Source of the DNA: a virus
Taxonomy: Duplodnaviria; Heunggongvirae; Uroviricota; Caudoviricetes
Virus record (IMG/VR): IMGVR_UViG_2617270947_000016
DNA length: 50,545 bases
Direction: 5' to 3' (one strand)
Made by a program: the position numbers and the translations under genes. Under the pieces are notes generated by a model. It ran no database searches, was not told where the DNA came from, and saw only the letters and a list, made by a program, of their open reading frames with translations. The first letter of the stretch is position 1. Each line of letters opens with the position of its first letter. Below, in pieces: positions 9,203-18,990 of this stretch.

Positions 9203-9883
9203 TTACCCCTGCCGCCCGATAACCACGACCTTTCCGCCCCCGCCTTCATCACGGGTGCTGATGTCCTGGGATATACGGCGGGAGCCAACCAGCATTTCCC
9301 CGTAAGGCACCGGCATCGGGTTCCCCTGGGCAATCATGTTATCCAGCGAGGAAAAGTACGTGTTCTGTCTGCCGTTATCCGTTGCGCGGTAATCCGGTGT
9401 TTTTGCCTTCGGGGCCAGCATCTGGGCCACACCGCCCAGAATCATGCTGGCTCCAAGTGAAAACAGCATCGTGGTGGCAGAAAAACCACCGGCACTCAGG
9501 GCTGTACCCCATAACGCCATCGAGCCTCCGGCCGTGAAGAAAGAGCCCACGATGGCTGCCGCCCCCAGCACAATCTGCAGTCCACCCTTTCCGGCCCCGG
9601 CCAGTCGCGGCACAATGTGGATGACCGTTCCCTCACCCAGCTGTTCGTGAAGACGGGCATACACCGCCTCCGGTGCCGTGTCATCACCGGCAATACGTAT
9701 CTGGTACCAGCCTTCGTTCATCTGACGGCGAAAGCCCGGCATCTGCATCGACAGGGCGCGAATGGCTTCCGCTGCCGTGTTCACATACAGGCTGAGGCGG
9801 CGGCCAAATCGTTGCAAATCCCCGTGAAGGCAGATGCGTGCCAGTGGCGGTGACGCCAGACAGAATGCGTTCGTCGTTGCCAT
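9203..9883 (-). CDS. I: Tail tip assembly protein I
   Basis: 226 aa; ARICLHGDLQRFGRR..., GQFSSLDNM-type blocks match lambda I; overlaps K by ~100 bp as in lambda. Confidence 0.9.
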   Translation of the reverse strand: MATTNAFCLASPPLARICLHGDLQRFGRRLSLYVNTAAEAIRALSMQMPGFRRQMNEGWYQIRIAGDDTAPEAVYARLHEQLGEGTVIHIVPRLAGAGKGGLQIVLGAAAIVGSFFTAGGSMALWGTALSAGGFSATTMLFSLGASMILGGVAQMLAPKAKTPDYRATDNGRQNTYFSSLDNMIAQGNPMPVPYGEMLVGSRRISQDISTRDEGGGGKVVVIGRQG

Positions 9884-10524
9884 TTTTCGGAATACCTCTC
9901 CCGTTTACTCAGTTGTTCAGGCAGATGGTGAAGCAGCTCACCGTTGCCGCAGTAAATGGCGGCATGGTTCGGTACCGAAGCACCAAAGCAGCACAGCAGA
10001 ATATCGCCCGCCTGTGCAGAGGACAGGGGCACCCGGTAAAAGCCGGTGACCGCCATATTGTCCAGGTAAAGGTTCTGACCGTTGCGCCACCAGTCATCCT
10101 CGCGATGAAAATCCGGCATTTCAGTCCCCGCCAGATGATAAGCATCCCGGAACAGCGTGTAACAGTCCGTCACCCCGTGCTCAAAGCGCCGTCCTGTCAG
10201 ATGTGGCACACAGCGGAATTTGTGAATGTCACCCCGGCAGACCAGCCACCAGGGCAGTGCGCTTTTTATCTGCAGCCGCCGGTCAGCCTCGCTCAGCCAG
10301 GGCAGCCCACCGGGATGACTGTGGACCAGTGCCACAATCTCCCCCTGCATCTCTGCCCGCAGCCAGTCTTCCGGTGCGATACGAAAATACGCCTCCGGCT
10401 CTGCGGAAATATTCACACAAGGGATATACCGCTCCCCCTCCGGCGTGCTTATCACGAAGCCGCACGACTCCGCAGGCGCACACCGCCGGGCATGTGCCAG
10501 AATCGCTGATTCAGTCTGTGTCAT
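9781..10524 (-). CDS. K: Tail tip assembly protein K
   Basis: Internal start MTQTESAILAHARRCAPAESCGF immediately after L stop matches lambda K N-terminus; the longer 334 aa ORF extension overlaps L. Confidence 0.85.
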   Translation of the reverse strand: MTQTESAILAHARRCAPAESCGFVISTPEGERYIPCVNISAEPEAYFRIAPEDWLRAEMQGEIVALVHSHPGGLPWLSEADRRLQIKSALPWWLVCRGDIHKFRCVPHLTGRRFEHGVTDCYTLFRDAYHLAGTEMPDFHREDDWWRNGQNLYLDNMAVTGFYRVPLSSAQAGDILLCCFGASVPNHAAIYCGNGELLHHLPEQLSKRERYSEKWQRRTHSVWRHRHWHASAFTGICNDLAAASACM

Positions 10525-10534
10525 AAACCGGGAT

Positions 10535-11233
10535 TTACTGCGAAAGTTTATTAATGGAAAGGAAACCGCCAAAATTGCCGACATTCCTGCGCAGTTCACA
10601 CCCGCGCATGCACTTGCTGCATCTGTCCTTACGGATATCCGTGGTGGGGTTGTCGAACTCATCCGCCACCGCAGGACCGTTATACCCGCATTCATCTCCC
10701 CGGTAATCCCACATACAGGTGTTCGCCAGCATGATGCGACCGGGAAACAGCGCCCCGTCCGTCTCGGTCGGTGTAGCCAGCACAAACGAGGCCGTCATGG
10801 CTGTCAGCTGCGACATCTGCTCCACCACCCAGCGGTCACTCAGCTCCTGCTCCGGGTCCGCCTCCGGATTGCCCGCAACGAAATTCACCGCATCCAGAAA
10901 ACGGGCATACACCCGGCGGCGGACCACCGTGGCCCCCACCAGACTCTGCAGGTCTTCCGCCATCCCGGTGACCAGACCGAACAGATTGGACACCGTCAGC
11001 GACGGTCTGGCACTGCTGCCCCGGCCGTTCATCTCAAAGCCGCTGCCGTCAATCGGGTATGCCTCATACTTACGCCCCTGCCAGGTGACCGGCTCCCCTT
11101 TTTCATTCAGCTCATTACAGAAAAAATACCGCTCACCACCCTGTACCGTCAGGTCGATTTCCCAGAGTACCACCCGCGGTGACTGCTCTGACTTAACCGA
11201 CTCGTTCAGACTTTCTTCGCGAATATCCTGCAT
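10535..11233 (-). CDS. L: Tail tip protein L
   Basis: 232 aa; MQDIREESLNE...GGFLSINKLSQ matches lambda L end to end. Confidence 0.92.
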   Translation of the reverse strand: MQDIREESLNESVKSEQSPRVVLWEIDLTVQGGERYFFCNELNEKGEPVTWQGRKYEAYPIDGSGFEMNGRGSSARPSLTVSNLFGLVTGMAEDLQSLVGATVVRRRVYARFLDAVNFVAGNPEADPEQELSDRWVVEQMSQLTAMTASFVLATPTETDGALFPGRIMLANTCMWDYRGDECGYNGPAVADEFDNPTTDIRKDRCSKCMRGCELRRNVGNFGGFLSINKLSQ

Positions 11234-11562
11234 CAGTTCACCACCTGCTTAAACTCCGCGCTGAACTCAACGCGCAACATCCCGACCCGCGCAGACCACC
11301 CGGCACAGGTCACCTTTATCTGCCGGTATGCATAGGGTGGCTTCCACAAAAATGCCTTCCAGCCACCGTGCTCTGCCAGGAACGCTTCCAGATGCCGGGC
11401 CTCCTCCCGGGTCACGGAAAGCGTCACCCTGTATGTTTTCAGGTCAGCATTCAGCCCTGCCGCCATACGCTGTGAGTACCCGTCACCAAAACGCACTTCA
11501 CGCACCGATGGCTGCGAGTTCACCTCCATATCCGGCTTCACTTTCCAGCGAAAGGTTTTCAT
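11233..11562 (-). CDS. M: Tail tip protein M
   Basis: 109 aa, same length and position as lambda M. Confidence 0.9.
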   Translation of the reverse strand: MKTFRWKVKPDMEVNSQPSVREVRFGDGYSQRMAAGLNADLKTYRVTLSVTREEARHLEAFLAEHGGWKAFLWKPPYAYRQIKVTCAGWSARVGMLRVEFSAEFKQVVN

Positions 11563-14132
11563 CCACCGCTCCCTGATAACATACCGCCATCACGCAACTG
11601 CAGCCGGAGTTCATCCTGTGCCCCCTTGCGGGCCATCTCATACACCGCTTTCATCAGCTGCGGCCCTGCCCGCCCGTTGGGGCCGTCGTTCTGAATCACC
11701 ACGTGATTGTTCTGATTAAAATTAATGCCTTCCGCCCGCCGCATCTGCGCCGGACTTCCGGCACCGCCGACATAACCACCTTCCGCATAGCCCCGCATCA
11801 GGCGGTACAGATTGCCGACACCAATCCGGCTGGTCGCCTCCTTCGTGAAGACAAACTCCCCGCGATGAACAATCCCCGCAGGTTCATATTTACCCCCCGT
11901 CCCCGTAAATCCCCCGGTCGCGAAATGGAAGTTCGCCGCCGCAGCCTGAATGGCTGTACCGCCTGACGCGGATGCGCCGCCACCAACAGCCCCGCCAATG
12001 GCGCTGCCGATACTCCCGACTATCCCCACCATCGCCTGCTTCAGAAAAATCTCTGTCAGCATGGACAGCACAGAACGGGTGAAACCACGCCAGTTCTGTT
12101 CGCTGCCGGTCAGCATCGCTGCCATATTCTGTGCAATACCGTCAAAGGTCTGCGTGGCCGCGTTTTTAACCTGCGAAAAACTGTCCGTCGCACTTTCCGC
12201 CCACTCGCCCCAGCCGGACTTCATCCCGGCCATCCAGCTTCCACGAAGCTGCTCCTCCGCAGACCAGGTGTTCTTCAGTGCAGATGTGGCCTTCGCCAGC
12301 GCAGCCGGATTATCACCGTACACCTCACGAAGGCGCTGCTCTTCCGACTCCCGCTGCGCCTGACGGTCGGTGAGTCCGCGGGCTTTTGCGCTGATTGCCG
12401 CCTGCTTCGCGCTCTGCTGCTGTTCAAACCGCGCCGCCTGCTGTGCCAGCTCATTCAGCCGTTTCTGGTGTTCTATCTTGTCGCCCAGCTCAGCCAGCTG
12501 GCGTTTGTACTCCAGCGTTTCTTTCTCATGGGCCAGCAGGGATTTTTCCTGCTCAGATAACTGCCGTTTCGTGGCGGCCTCTTTCAGGACCACATACTGA
12601 TTTTCCGCTTCCCATAAATCCCGGCGCTGCTGGCTGATTTTCTCATTCACACCGCTGTGTTTTTCCAGCGTCCTGAGCTCGGTTTCAAGCGCCAGCATGG
12701 CTGCATGCGCCCGGTCTTCCTGGCGCTCACCGGCAGACACCTTCACACCGGACGGCTTTTTCTGCGTCGACTCATAATCCTTTTTTGCCGACGCCATCAG
12801 CGTGTTGTAATCCGCCTGCAGGATTTTCCCGTCTTTCAGGGCCTTATTCAGCTCTTCCTGCCGGGCGGTATATTTCTCCAGTGGCGTCAGCAGGCGCTCA
12901 TACGCCTTCTGCGCCTCTCCGGTATACTTCAGCTGTGACGACTCACGCTCAGCCCTGTCCCTTGCCGCCAGTTCACCGGCTTTTTCCATATCCGACTGCA
13001 GCGTTACCGCTGCCAGACCCAGACGGGCATTTTCCCGGTCATCCCATGCGCCCTGAAGGTTGGCACGAAAAGAGGCGGTTTTTCCCCGGCGCTGGCTCCG
13101 GCTCTGGTACCACTGCCATTTTTTATCCGCCTCATCAAATGCCTTCTGTGCACTGGCGAGCATATCCGCTGAGGACTCAGGACGACCGATATCCAGAATG
13201 GCATCCCACATCGATTTGAATGCCTTCCCTGTTTTATCCGCCCAGGTCTCCAGTGTTCCCATGTTTTCTTTCAGGCGACGGGTCTGCTCATCAAAGCCTT
13301 TCGTGGCGATATCGTTCGCCGCCTGCAATGCCCCGGCCTCGTCTCCGGAACGCTGCAGCTGTGCAACATACGCAATCTGCTCTGCCGTCACGTTACGGAA
13401 CTGGCGCGCCATCGCCATCAGTCCCGACGTCGGGTCAGTGGTCAGCTTCCCGAAGGCTTCAGCGACTTTATCCACCTCCACACCGGATGCAGACGCAAAA
13501 CGCGCGACACTCTGGTTGATGGCATCAAACTGTTCACCACCACGCACACCGGCATTCACCAGGGCTGCCAGTGACTCTCTCGCCTGGTTAAACGTCAGCC
13601 CTGCTGCCTGCCCGGCTCTTGAGAGAGTCAGCATACGATCGGCAGTCAGTCCGGACTGATTACCGGAAAGAACCAGGGTTTTATTAAACGCTGAAAGCGT
13701 GGAATCTCCCTGGTACCAGGCGTACACCAGCGCACCTGTCGCCACCGCCAACGAGGTGACCCCGACCATCGGCAGGGTGATCGCACCGGCAAGCCCCCTG
13801 AACATGGGGATCATCCCGCCGAAGGAGTCCTTCACCTGACCGCCCTGTTGCAGCAGGATCAGCCAGGGATTCTGACCACCGGCAAGCTGCGTGGCGATAT
13901 CCGTAAACTGTGCGGGCAGGGTTCGCATGGCCGCTTTATACTGCCCGACGGAAATCCCGGCTTTTTGTGCAGCCAGCGCCTGGCGGCTCAGGCCCTGTTC
14001 AACAGCACTGGCGGTTTTTCTGGCGTCGGTATCCAGACCTGAAAAATGACGCCTTACCCGGCTCATCTGCTCATCGAAACGGACAGCATCCAGACTCAGG
14101 TCAATAACAAGATCACCAACCGGCTGGGACAT
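11559..14132 (-). CDS. H: Tail tape measure protein H
   Basis: 857 aa; MSQPVGDLVIDLSLDAVRFDEQMSRVRRHF... matches lambda H. Confidence 0.95.
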   Translation of the reverse strand: MSQPVGDLVIDLSLDAVRFDEQMSRVRRHFSGLDTDARKTASAVEQGLSRQALAAQKAGISVGQYKAAMRTLPAQFTDIATQLAGGQNPWLILLQQGGQVKDSFGGMIPMFRGLAGAITLPMVGVTSLAVATGALVYAWYQGDSTLSAFNKTLVLSGNQSGLTADRMLTLSRAGQAAGLTFNQARESLAALVNAGVRGGEQFDAINQSVARFASASGVEVDKVAEAFGKLTTDPTSGLMAMARQFRNVTAEQIAYVAQLQRSGDEAGALQAANDIATKGFDEQTRRLKENMGTLETWADKTGKAFKSMWDAILDIGRPESSADMLASAQKAFDEADKKWQWYQSRSQRRGKTASFRANLQGAWDDRENARLGLAAVTLQSDMEKAGELAARDRAERESSQLKYTGEAQKAYERLLTPLEKYTARQEELNKALKDGKILQADYNTLMASAKKDYESTQKKPSGVKVSAGERQEDRAHAAMLALETELRTLEKHSGVNEKISQQRRDLWEAENQYVVLKEAATKRQLSEQEKSLLAHEKETLEYKRQLAELGDKIEHQKRLNELAQQAARFEQQQSAKQAAISAKARGLTDRQAQRESEEQRLREVYGDNPAALAKATSALKNTWSAEEQLRGSWMAGMKSGWGEWAESATDSFSQVKNAATQTFDGIAQNMAAMLTGSEQNWRGFTRSVLSMLTEIFLKQAMVGIVGSIGSAIGGAVGGGASASGGTAIQAAAANFHFATGGFTGTGGKYEPAGIVHRGEFVFTKEATSRIGVGNLYRLMRGYAEGGYVGGAGSPAQMRRAEGINFNQNNHVVIQNDGPNGRAGPQLMKAVYEMARKGAQDELRLQLRDGGMLSGSGG

Positions 14133-14984
14133 ATCTCACACCTCCCGGAATCCCCGCTGAAGCCATCATTAATGCGGCTTCATCCACCATGACATCCGCC
14201 ACATCCGCAGACGATAAAATATCGCGCCCTCCGTCCCCACCGAACCGGACGCCTCCGGCAAGTCCTGCCGCTTTCTGCATCAGCATTTTGTCCTCATCCG
14301 GCCTCTCCACCTGCTCTTCCTCATGCCGGGGGACAAGCAGACTGAAATCAGAGGGATGCATATCCGGATCGCAAAAAAACAGGCTGAGTACAGCGTACGT
14401 CAGCCCGGAAAAATGCATATCCAGCTGGGTATCCTGAAAATAATGCGTGCGGTAAAAACGGTGCCAGTCGGCATATTCGGTGGATGTCATCCCGGCAAGC
14501 ATGGCGCGCCAGTCGGGTCTCCCCATCTCACGCGCCAGTCTGAGGGCAAAGTTCAGCTCGCCGTCGAAGACTTTCCCGCAGAAAAATCATCATCAGTCAG
14601 CGTGTTATTTTTCGCCACTTCAGTAATATCAGTATCCGGACGAACAGCTTCGATCATCCCGGACAGGCACAACACCACGTCTTCCGCCCGGGCAATGGCA
14701 TCGGCAGGCCAGGTGGTGAGCACTTCCTGCTCTATCTTCATCACGGCCTCATTCATTGACGGTGACTGCGTTTTCTGTGGATGGTTATGCCACAGGGACA
14801 TCGCCACCAGAAACGCGCCGGTTCTGACGAGATCTTCCACGCTTACCTGCAGGTTGCCGCTGGATTCTGCCTGTTCTGCACGCCGTTTCAGGAGGGCAAG
14901 ATGCTCGATACGCTGCAGCGCAGACAATTCGGAAAGCGTGACAGACACACCGTTATATTCAAATTGTTCTGTTTTCAGGAACAT
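14113..14984 (-). CDS. T: G-T tail assembly chaperone fusion (made by programmed -1 frameshift from G into T frame)
   Basis: T-frame ORF 14113-14526 continues in -1 frame from slippery heptamer GGGAAAG near 3' end of G, as in lambda. Confidence 0.75.
14553..14984 (-). CDS. G: Tail assembly chaperone G
   Basis: 143 aa; MFLKTEQFEYNGVSVTLSELSALQRIEHLAL... matches lambda G. Confidence 0.9.
   Translation of the reverse strand: MFLKTEQFEYNGVSVTLSELSALQRIEHLALLKRRAEQAESSGNLQVSVEDLVRTGAFLVAMSLWHNHPQKTQSPSMNEAVMKIEQEVLTTWPADAIARAEDVVLCLSGMIEAVRPDTDITEVAKNNTLTDDDFSAGKSSTAS
14571..14577 (-). promoter_or_regulatory. Programmed -1 ribosomal frameshift slippery site G GGA AAG
   Basis: Heptamer GGGAAAG on minus strand, 16-22 nt upstream of G stop; -1 shift reads into T frame. 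Confidence 0.75.
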
Positions 14985-15002
14985 CGCTTATCTCTCAGCT
15001 CT

Positions 15003-15749
15003 TTAGCCACCCGGCACATTATTAACGGTAATTTCAGCCACCGCAGCAAACTGACCATTACCGGAAATCACAGGGATGCTGACTTTTCCATCCTTAACCC
15101 CCGTCACAGTAATCGTCATATCTTTCACGCTAATGGTGGCTTTTGATGGATCGGCGGAAATCGCCCTGAATGTCTTATCCGTTGCATTTTCCGGTTCCAC
15201 AGTAACGGTCAGGGTGGTTGTTTTCCCTTTTTCAACCGTACCTGTCGGCGTTACCTTAATCGCAGTGACCGGCGTAATTTTGCTGCGTTCTTCCGCTACA
15301 GAAGGTTTACCCACGTTAGTGACTTTCACCGTGCGGGTGATCACTTCTTTCGCCGTCACGGCCTTACCGATACTGCTGCCCCAGCCACGAAACACATCCA
15401 CCGTGCCATTCGGAAAACGGATTTTATAGGCCCGGACATCGCCGCTTTCAAACCAGCCTATAAGCCCTTTCTGACCTTCCTCTCCCGGTTTCCAGGCCAG
15501 CGTAAAACTGGTATCACCTGCAGATTTCTGCCCCTGCCCGGTCGCGGTCCAGTCTGCGTCTTCATCATCCAGGTAGTTATCATCGTAGGATTCTGCCGTC
15601 ATCTCGCCCGGCGTCAGATCCTTCACCTTAGCCAGTCGCTGCCAGTCAGCGTCTGACAACGGGTTTGCATAAGCATCACCCTTGCCGTTGTAAACCCACA
15701 GAGTGGTACCGGCACCTTTTACCGGCTCCAGGGGATTTGGTGTTGCCAT
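15003..15749 (-). CDS. V: Major tail protein V
   Basis: 248 aa; N-terminal and C-terminal Ig-like regions match lambda V. Confidence 0.92.
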   Translation of the reverse strand: MATPNPLEPVKGAGTTLWVYNGKGDAYANPLSDADWQRLAKVKDLTPGEMTAESYDDNYLDDEDADWTATGQGQKSAGDTSFTLAWKPGEEGQKGLIGWFESGDVRAYKIRFPNGTVDVFRGWGSSIGKAVTAKEVITRTVKVTNVGKPSVAEERSKITPVTAIKVTPTGTVEKGKTTTLTVTVEPENATDKTFRAISADPSKATISVKDMTITVTGVKDGKVSIPVISGNGQFAAVAEITVNNVPGG

Positions 15750-15756
15750 ATCGTCC

Positions 15757-16152
15757 TCACATCTCGTATGTAATGGAATAAGTCAGATCCGCAGAGCTCC
15801 ATAACGCCATATCGTCATCACGACGATACTCATAGCCCTGCGTAACCATCGTGGTAATCAGTTCTGCCAGTGCCGGGATCGCAGTCATCGCCGGATAAAT
15901 CCGGCTTTCCATCCACGAATCCAGCTCTGAATCCGGTACCTGTGCCGGTAAAAACACCTCAATATGCAGTGTGGCCCGCCAGGTATCTGCATCCAGCTCT
16001 TCACCGGTATACTCTGCATCCGTCAGATAAACCGCGATCGCAGGAAAATCCTCTTCGTCAAAAACAACGGGGCGACCATCAAACAGCGTCGCCCCGTGTT
16101 CATGCTGCTCGAGTGCATCCAGCACTGCGGCACGAATGTCAGTGTGTTTCAT
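15757..16152 (-). CDS. U: Tail terminator protein U
   Basis: 131 aa, lambda U length and position. Confidence 0.9.
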   Translation of the reverse strand: MKHTDIRAAVLDALEQHEHGATLFDGRPVVFDEEDFPAIAVYLTDAEYTGEELDADTWRATLHIEVFLPAQVPDSELDSWMESRIYPAMTAIPALAELITTMVTQGYEYRRDDDMALWSSADLTYSITYEM

Positions 16153-16724
16153 CGTTTTATCGCAATCCTCAGTTGTTGTTTCAGCGCGTATGCCAGTTCT
16201 TTAGGCAGGCGTTCACGCCGGATACGGTCAACATTCTCATCAAATGCCTGTTTCAGTGGGGCCGCCATCGGGATTTTCACCACCTGAATGGGAAGGCGAT
16301 TACGCTTTTTCCTTCCCTTGTCGTCATTGCCCTCCTCATATCTGGCCTGGGGAAGACGTTGCATAACATGCCAGCGCCCATTATTTAATCGCTGGATAAA
16401 TGCCCGCTGATAACGATGCTGACCGGCTTTAAGTATGCTGTTCGGACGACGCCCCAGCATTCTGATCCCCAGCTTAATCACAGGGAGATCACCGCGGTTA
16501 ACGATAATTCTGGCATTCGGATTTCTGACCGTCGCCCGTTTCAGTCTGGACCGTTCCTTTACCAGTTTCCGTCTCACCCTGGTTTCCCGGGCAACCTGTG
16601 ACGAAGACTGATTAATCGCCATTGTGGCCACGCGGTTAATGGTCATTGCAGAAGCAGCCGGAATGGCGTTTTTACGAACCCGGCTCAGATTGTCAATCGC
16701 CTGATCAAGCCCTTTTATCGCCAT
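16149..16724 (-). CDS. Z: Tail completion protein Z
   Basis: 191 aa, lambda Z position. Confidence 0.9.
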   Translation of the reverse strand: MAIKGLDQAIDNLSRVRKNAIPAASAMTINRVATMAINQSSSQVARETRVRRKLVKERSRLKRATVRNPNARIIVNRGDLPVIKLGIRMLGRRPNSILKAGQHRYQRAFIQRLNNGRWHVMQRLPQARYEEGNDDKGRKKRNRLPIQVVKIPMAAPLKQAFDENVDRIRRERLPKELAYALKQQLRIAIKR

Positions 16725-16739
16725 AATTTCACCCTGCGT

Positions 16740-17093
16740 TTATCGTCGCCGGTTAACTGCGGGTGGTTGACCACGGTTGAGCCAGAGATAACAGCTGCCC
16801 CCGTCATCCGGAGAAACACGATCCACCCAGAATGTCTCACCATTAATGGTCAGCGTGTCACCACGCCGCACGGCACGAACCGTATCCGTCCGCACAAATA
16901 ATGACGGGCTGCTTCCTTCAATACGGACCCCGCCACCGGCAAACCCCAGCGACTCCGGATCGTCAAAAACCCCCTGAACTTCGCTGCCACACTGTGCCCC
17001 CGAGGTGAACTGCGCACAGAGCCCCATCACTTCAACGATCGTACTGTCTACCCCGGCGAGGGCAGCATCAAAGGCATTCTGAAAATCACGCAT
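16740..17093 (-). CDS. FII: Head-tail joining protein FII
   Basis: 117 aa; C-terminal ...FWVDRVSPDDGGSCYLWL...PPAVNRRR matches lambda FII. Confidence 0.9.
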   Translation of the reverse strand: MRDFQNAFDAALAGVDSTIVEVMGLCAQFTSGAQCGSEVQGVFDDPESLGFAGGGVRIEGSSPSLFVRTDTVRAVRRGDTLTINGETFWVDRVSPDDGGSCYLWLNRGQPPAVNRRR

Positions 17094-17469
17094 ATTCAGC
17101 CGTTCCGTGCTGTATCATGGCCGTTGCCAGTGATGATGGCACCAGAACACGCATACCCCGTAACGCCAGCTCAACGGGACGACCTGTCTCCGGGCAATAC
17201 CCCATTACTTGCAGGCACTTCCGTACCCGGACGGCTTTAACATCATCCGGAGCATCCGTGTTGTTCAACTGCTCACCATCGTCTGTGTGATTTTGATCAG
17301 CCCCGCTCTCATCAGAGTGCATAATGCCCTCCGGGGAAACAGCAAGCTCCTCTTCCCACTCAGACACACGTTGCGCAATATCCGCAGCACTCCCCGACAT
17401 ATCCGCCTCGCGCCCCAGCAGGCCAGCCAGTTGACGAAGACGATTCAGATTTTCTTCTTTTGTTGCCAT
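17086..17469 (-). CDS. FI: DNA packaging protein FI
   Basis: Start chosen at MATKEENLNRL with AGGAGG RBS; the longer ORF start at 17517 runs through a hairpin. Confidence 0.75.
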   Translation of the reverse strand: MATKEENLNRLRQLAGLLGREADMSGSAADIAQRVSEWEEELAVSPEGIMHSDESGADQNHTDDGEQLNNTDAPDDVKAVRVRKCLQVMGYCPETGRPVELALRGMRVLVPSSLATAMIQHGTAEYA

Positions 17470-17483
17470 CTCAGCCTCCTGTG

Positions 17484-17512
17484 AAAAAAGACACGGGGGC
17501 ATTTCGCCCCCG
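17484..17512 (-). terminator. Terminator-like hairpin immediately downstream of major capsid gene
   Basis: 7 bp GC stem (CGGGGGC/GCCCCCG) followed within 4 nt by T6 on minus strand. Confidence 0.4.
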
Positions 17513-17520
17513 CTCACGGA

Positions 17521-18549
17521 TTATTTCACCTGCACCACCACAAACTCATCCGGATCCGGCAGCACCATCAGCGGTGCGGACTGCGTCATGGTGAATTCAC
17601 GGGCCGGATCGCCCACAGTCAGCCAGTGTTTCGGATAACGGGAAGAGGCCACCACACCTTCGGACAACGCCTGCGCATCCTGAATGGCACCATAGCAACG
17701 AATGCCCTCTGCTGCCGTATTCCCCAGGACCAGTGTGCCCACCGGCAGATAACGTTTTTCGGTACCGTCGTCTGCCACATAAGACGTTTTCGCCACCACA
17801 ATGGCCAGATCACCGTAATACCCTTTGAAAGACACCACCGCTCCCAGGTCTTTCACTGCCGTTTCGAGTTGTGAATTTGAGCCGCGACGGGTATCCAGTT
17901 TTTCGCGGAACAGCTTAAAGCCATTCAGCAGACGCCAGACCGTACCGTCCATAATGGCAATATTCACAAGACCGCTGGCCTGATCGCAGTAAAGGTCAAT
18001 ATCATGCGTCGGATCAAACGTATCACGGTCCTGCTCAGACCATTTTTTACCGTCGGCCTGCTCAATGTTATTTCCTTCAGAGCGTCCGAAATCCACCTCG
18101 ACCGTGTCAAACTGTTCCCCTTCCATGGTGTATTTGCCATACAGCACGGCATTCACCGCCTGCATTTCTTCCACCTGGACAATAGCGTGCTCTTCCTGTT
18201 TGAGGTTATCGGTAATGATACGCAGACGACGGTAGGCCGGGTCGTTCAGCTGAGCCGGATCTTCACCAGGAAGGCGCTCAACCGCCTGCTGGTAATTAAA
18301 TTCGTGTTTGGGCTTGACGTAGCCCGGACGTAACACGCGGGTTTCACCACCGCGATGGCGAAGCACTTTTCCTTCAACGATCGGGGAGACATAGGCCGCC
18401 ACCGGCGTTTTTCCGGTAATTTTGTCCAGCATCACCTCTTCGGTGTGGAAATTCACCGTACGGCGGAAAAACAGCTCCAGAAACAGCGCACGGAATTTAA
18501 CTTTTTGTTCGGTATAACCGAGTAACTGGCGGGTCGTAAACAATCCCAT
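17521..18549 (-). CDS. E: Major capsid protein E
   Basis: 342 aa; blocks such as TAVKDLG, PAREFTM-QSAPLM match lambda E. Confidence 0.95.
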   Translation of the reverse strand: MGLFTTRQLLGYTEQKVKFRALFLELFFRRTVNFHTEEVMLDKITGKTPVAAYVSPIVEGKVLRHRGGETRVLRPGYVKPKHEFNYQQAVERLPGEDPAQLNDPAYRRLRIITDNLKQEEHAIVQVEEMQAVNAVLYGKYTMEGEQFDTVEVDFGRSEGNNIEQADGKKWSEQDRDTFDPTHDIDLYCDQASGLVNIAIMDGTVWRLLNGFKLFREKLDTRRGSNSQLETAVKDLGAVVSFKGYYGDLAIVVAKTSYVADDGTEKRYLPVGTLVLGNTAAEGIRCYGAIQDAQALSEGVVASSRYPKHWLTVGDPAREFTMTQSAPLMVLPDPDEFVVVQVK

Positions 18550-18606
18550 AAATCAGTTCCTTTCATTAAGAAATCAGTCAGGCCAACGCGGTGGCCTGAT
18601 AACGTG

Positions 18607-18954
18607 TTACGGCAGCGCCGCGTGACTCAGGGCACTGCCGGTAAAGGCGTTGGCCTTTTTGTGTTCATCCACACTTTCAGGCCAGCGGATTGCCTCCGTC
18701 GCAAAGGTCCCCGACTTGTAATACGTCAGCACCGCCTCTGTGCCTTCAAGCGGCAGTACCAGTATGCCAACCGCACTACCGGCTTTCTGTCCGTCCCAGA
18801 CCACCAGTTTCCCGGTGGCCCCATCCAGCATCAGGGGTGTCAGTGCCGGTGTTGCCGAGGAAATCCCGCTGCTGCCTGTGGCGGTGTGAGCCGGATCATT
18901 ACCGGCAAAAATACGTACTTCCGCACGCTGTTCAGTGATGGTTTTCGTCACCAT
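18607..18954 (-). CDS. D: Head decoration protein D
   Basis: 115 aa; DPAHTAT...TPLMLD...KSGTF matches lambda D. Confidence 0.9.
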   Translation of the reverse strand: MVTKTITEQRAEVRIFAGNDPAHTATGSSGISSATPALTPLMLDGATGKLVVWDGQKAGSAVGILVLPLEGTEAVLTYYKSGTFATEAIRWPESVDEHKKANAFTGSALSHAALP

Positions 18955-18990
18955 ATTGTTAAAACCTCGTATTGATGTTCAGCACTGACT

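Noticed and set aside
9781-10785. 334 aa version of the K ORF from the upstream-most ATG
   Set aside because: The N-terminal 87 codons overlap gene L in another frame; the internal start at 10524 matches the lambda K N-terminus and lies just after the L stop.
11703-14107. Numerous plus-strand and alternative-frame ORFs within H
   Set aside because: The region is GC-rich and repetitive; these are shadows of the tape-measure gene, which matches lambda H.
17469-17517. Longer FI start at 17517 (MSGGEMPPCLF...)
   Set aside because: The extension runs through a stable hairpin and lacks an RBS, whereas the internal ATG at 17469 has AGGAGG and matches the lambda FI N-terminus.
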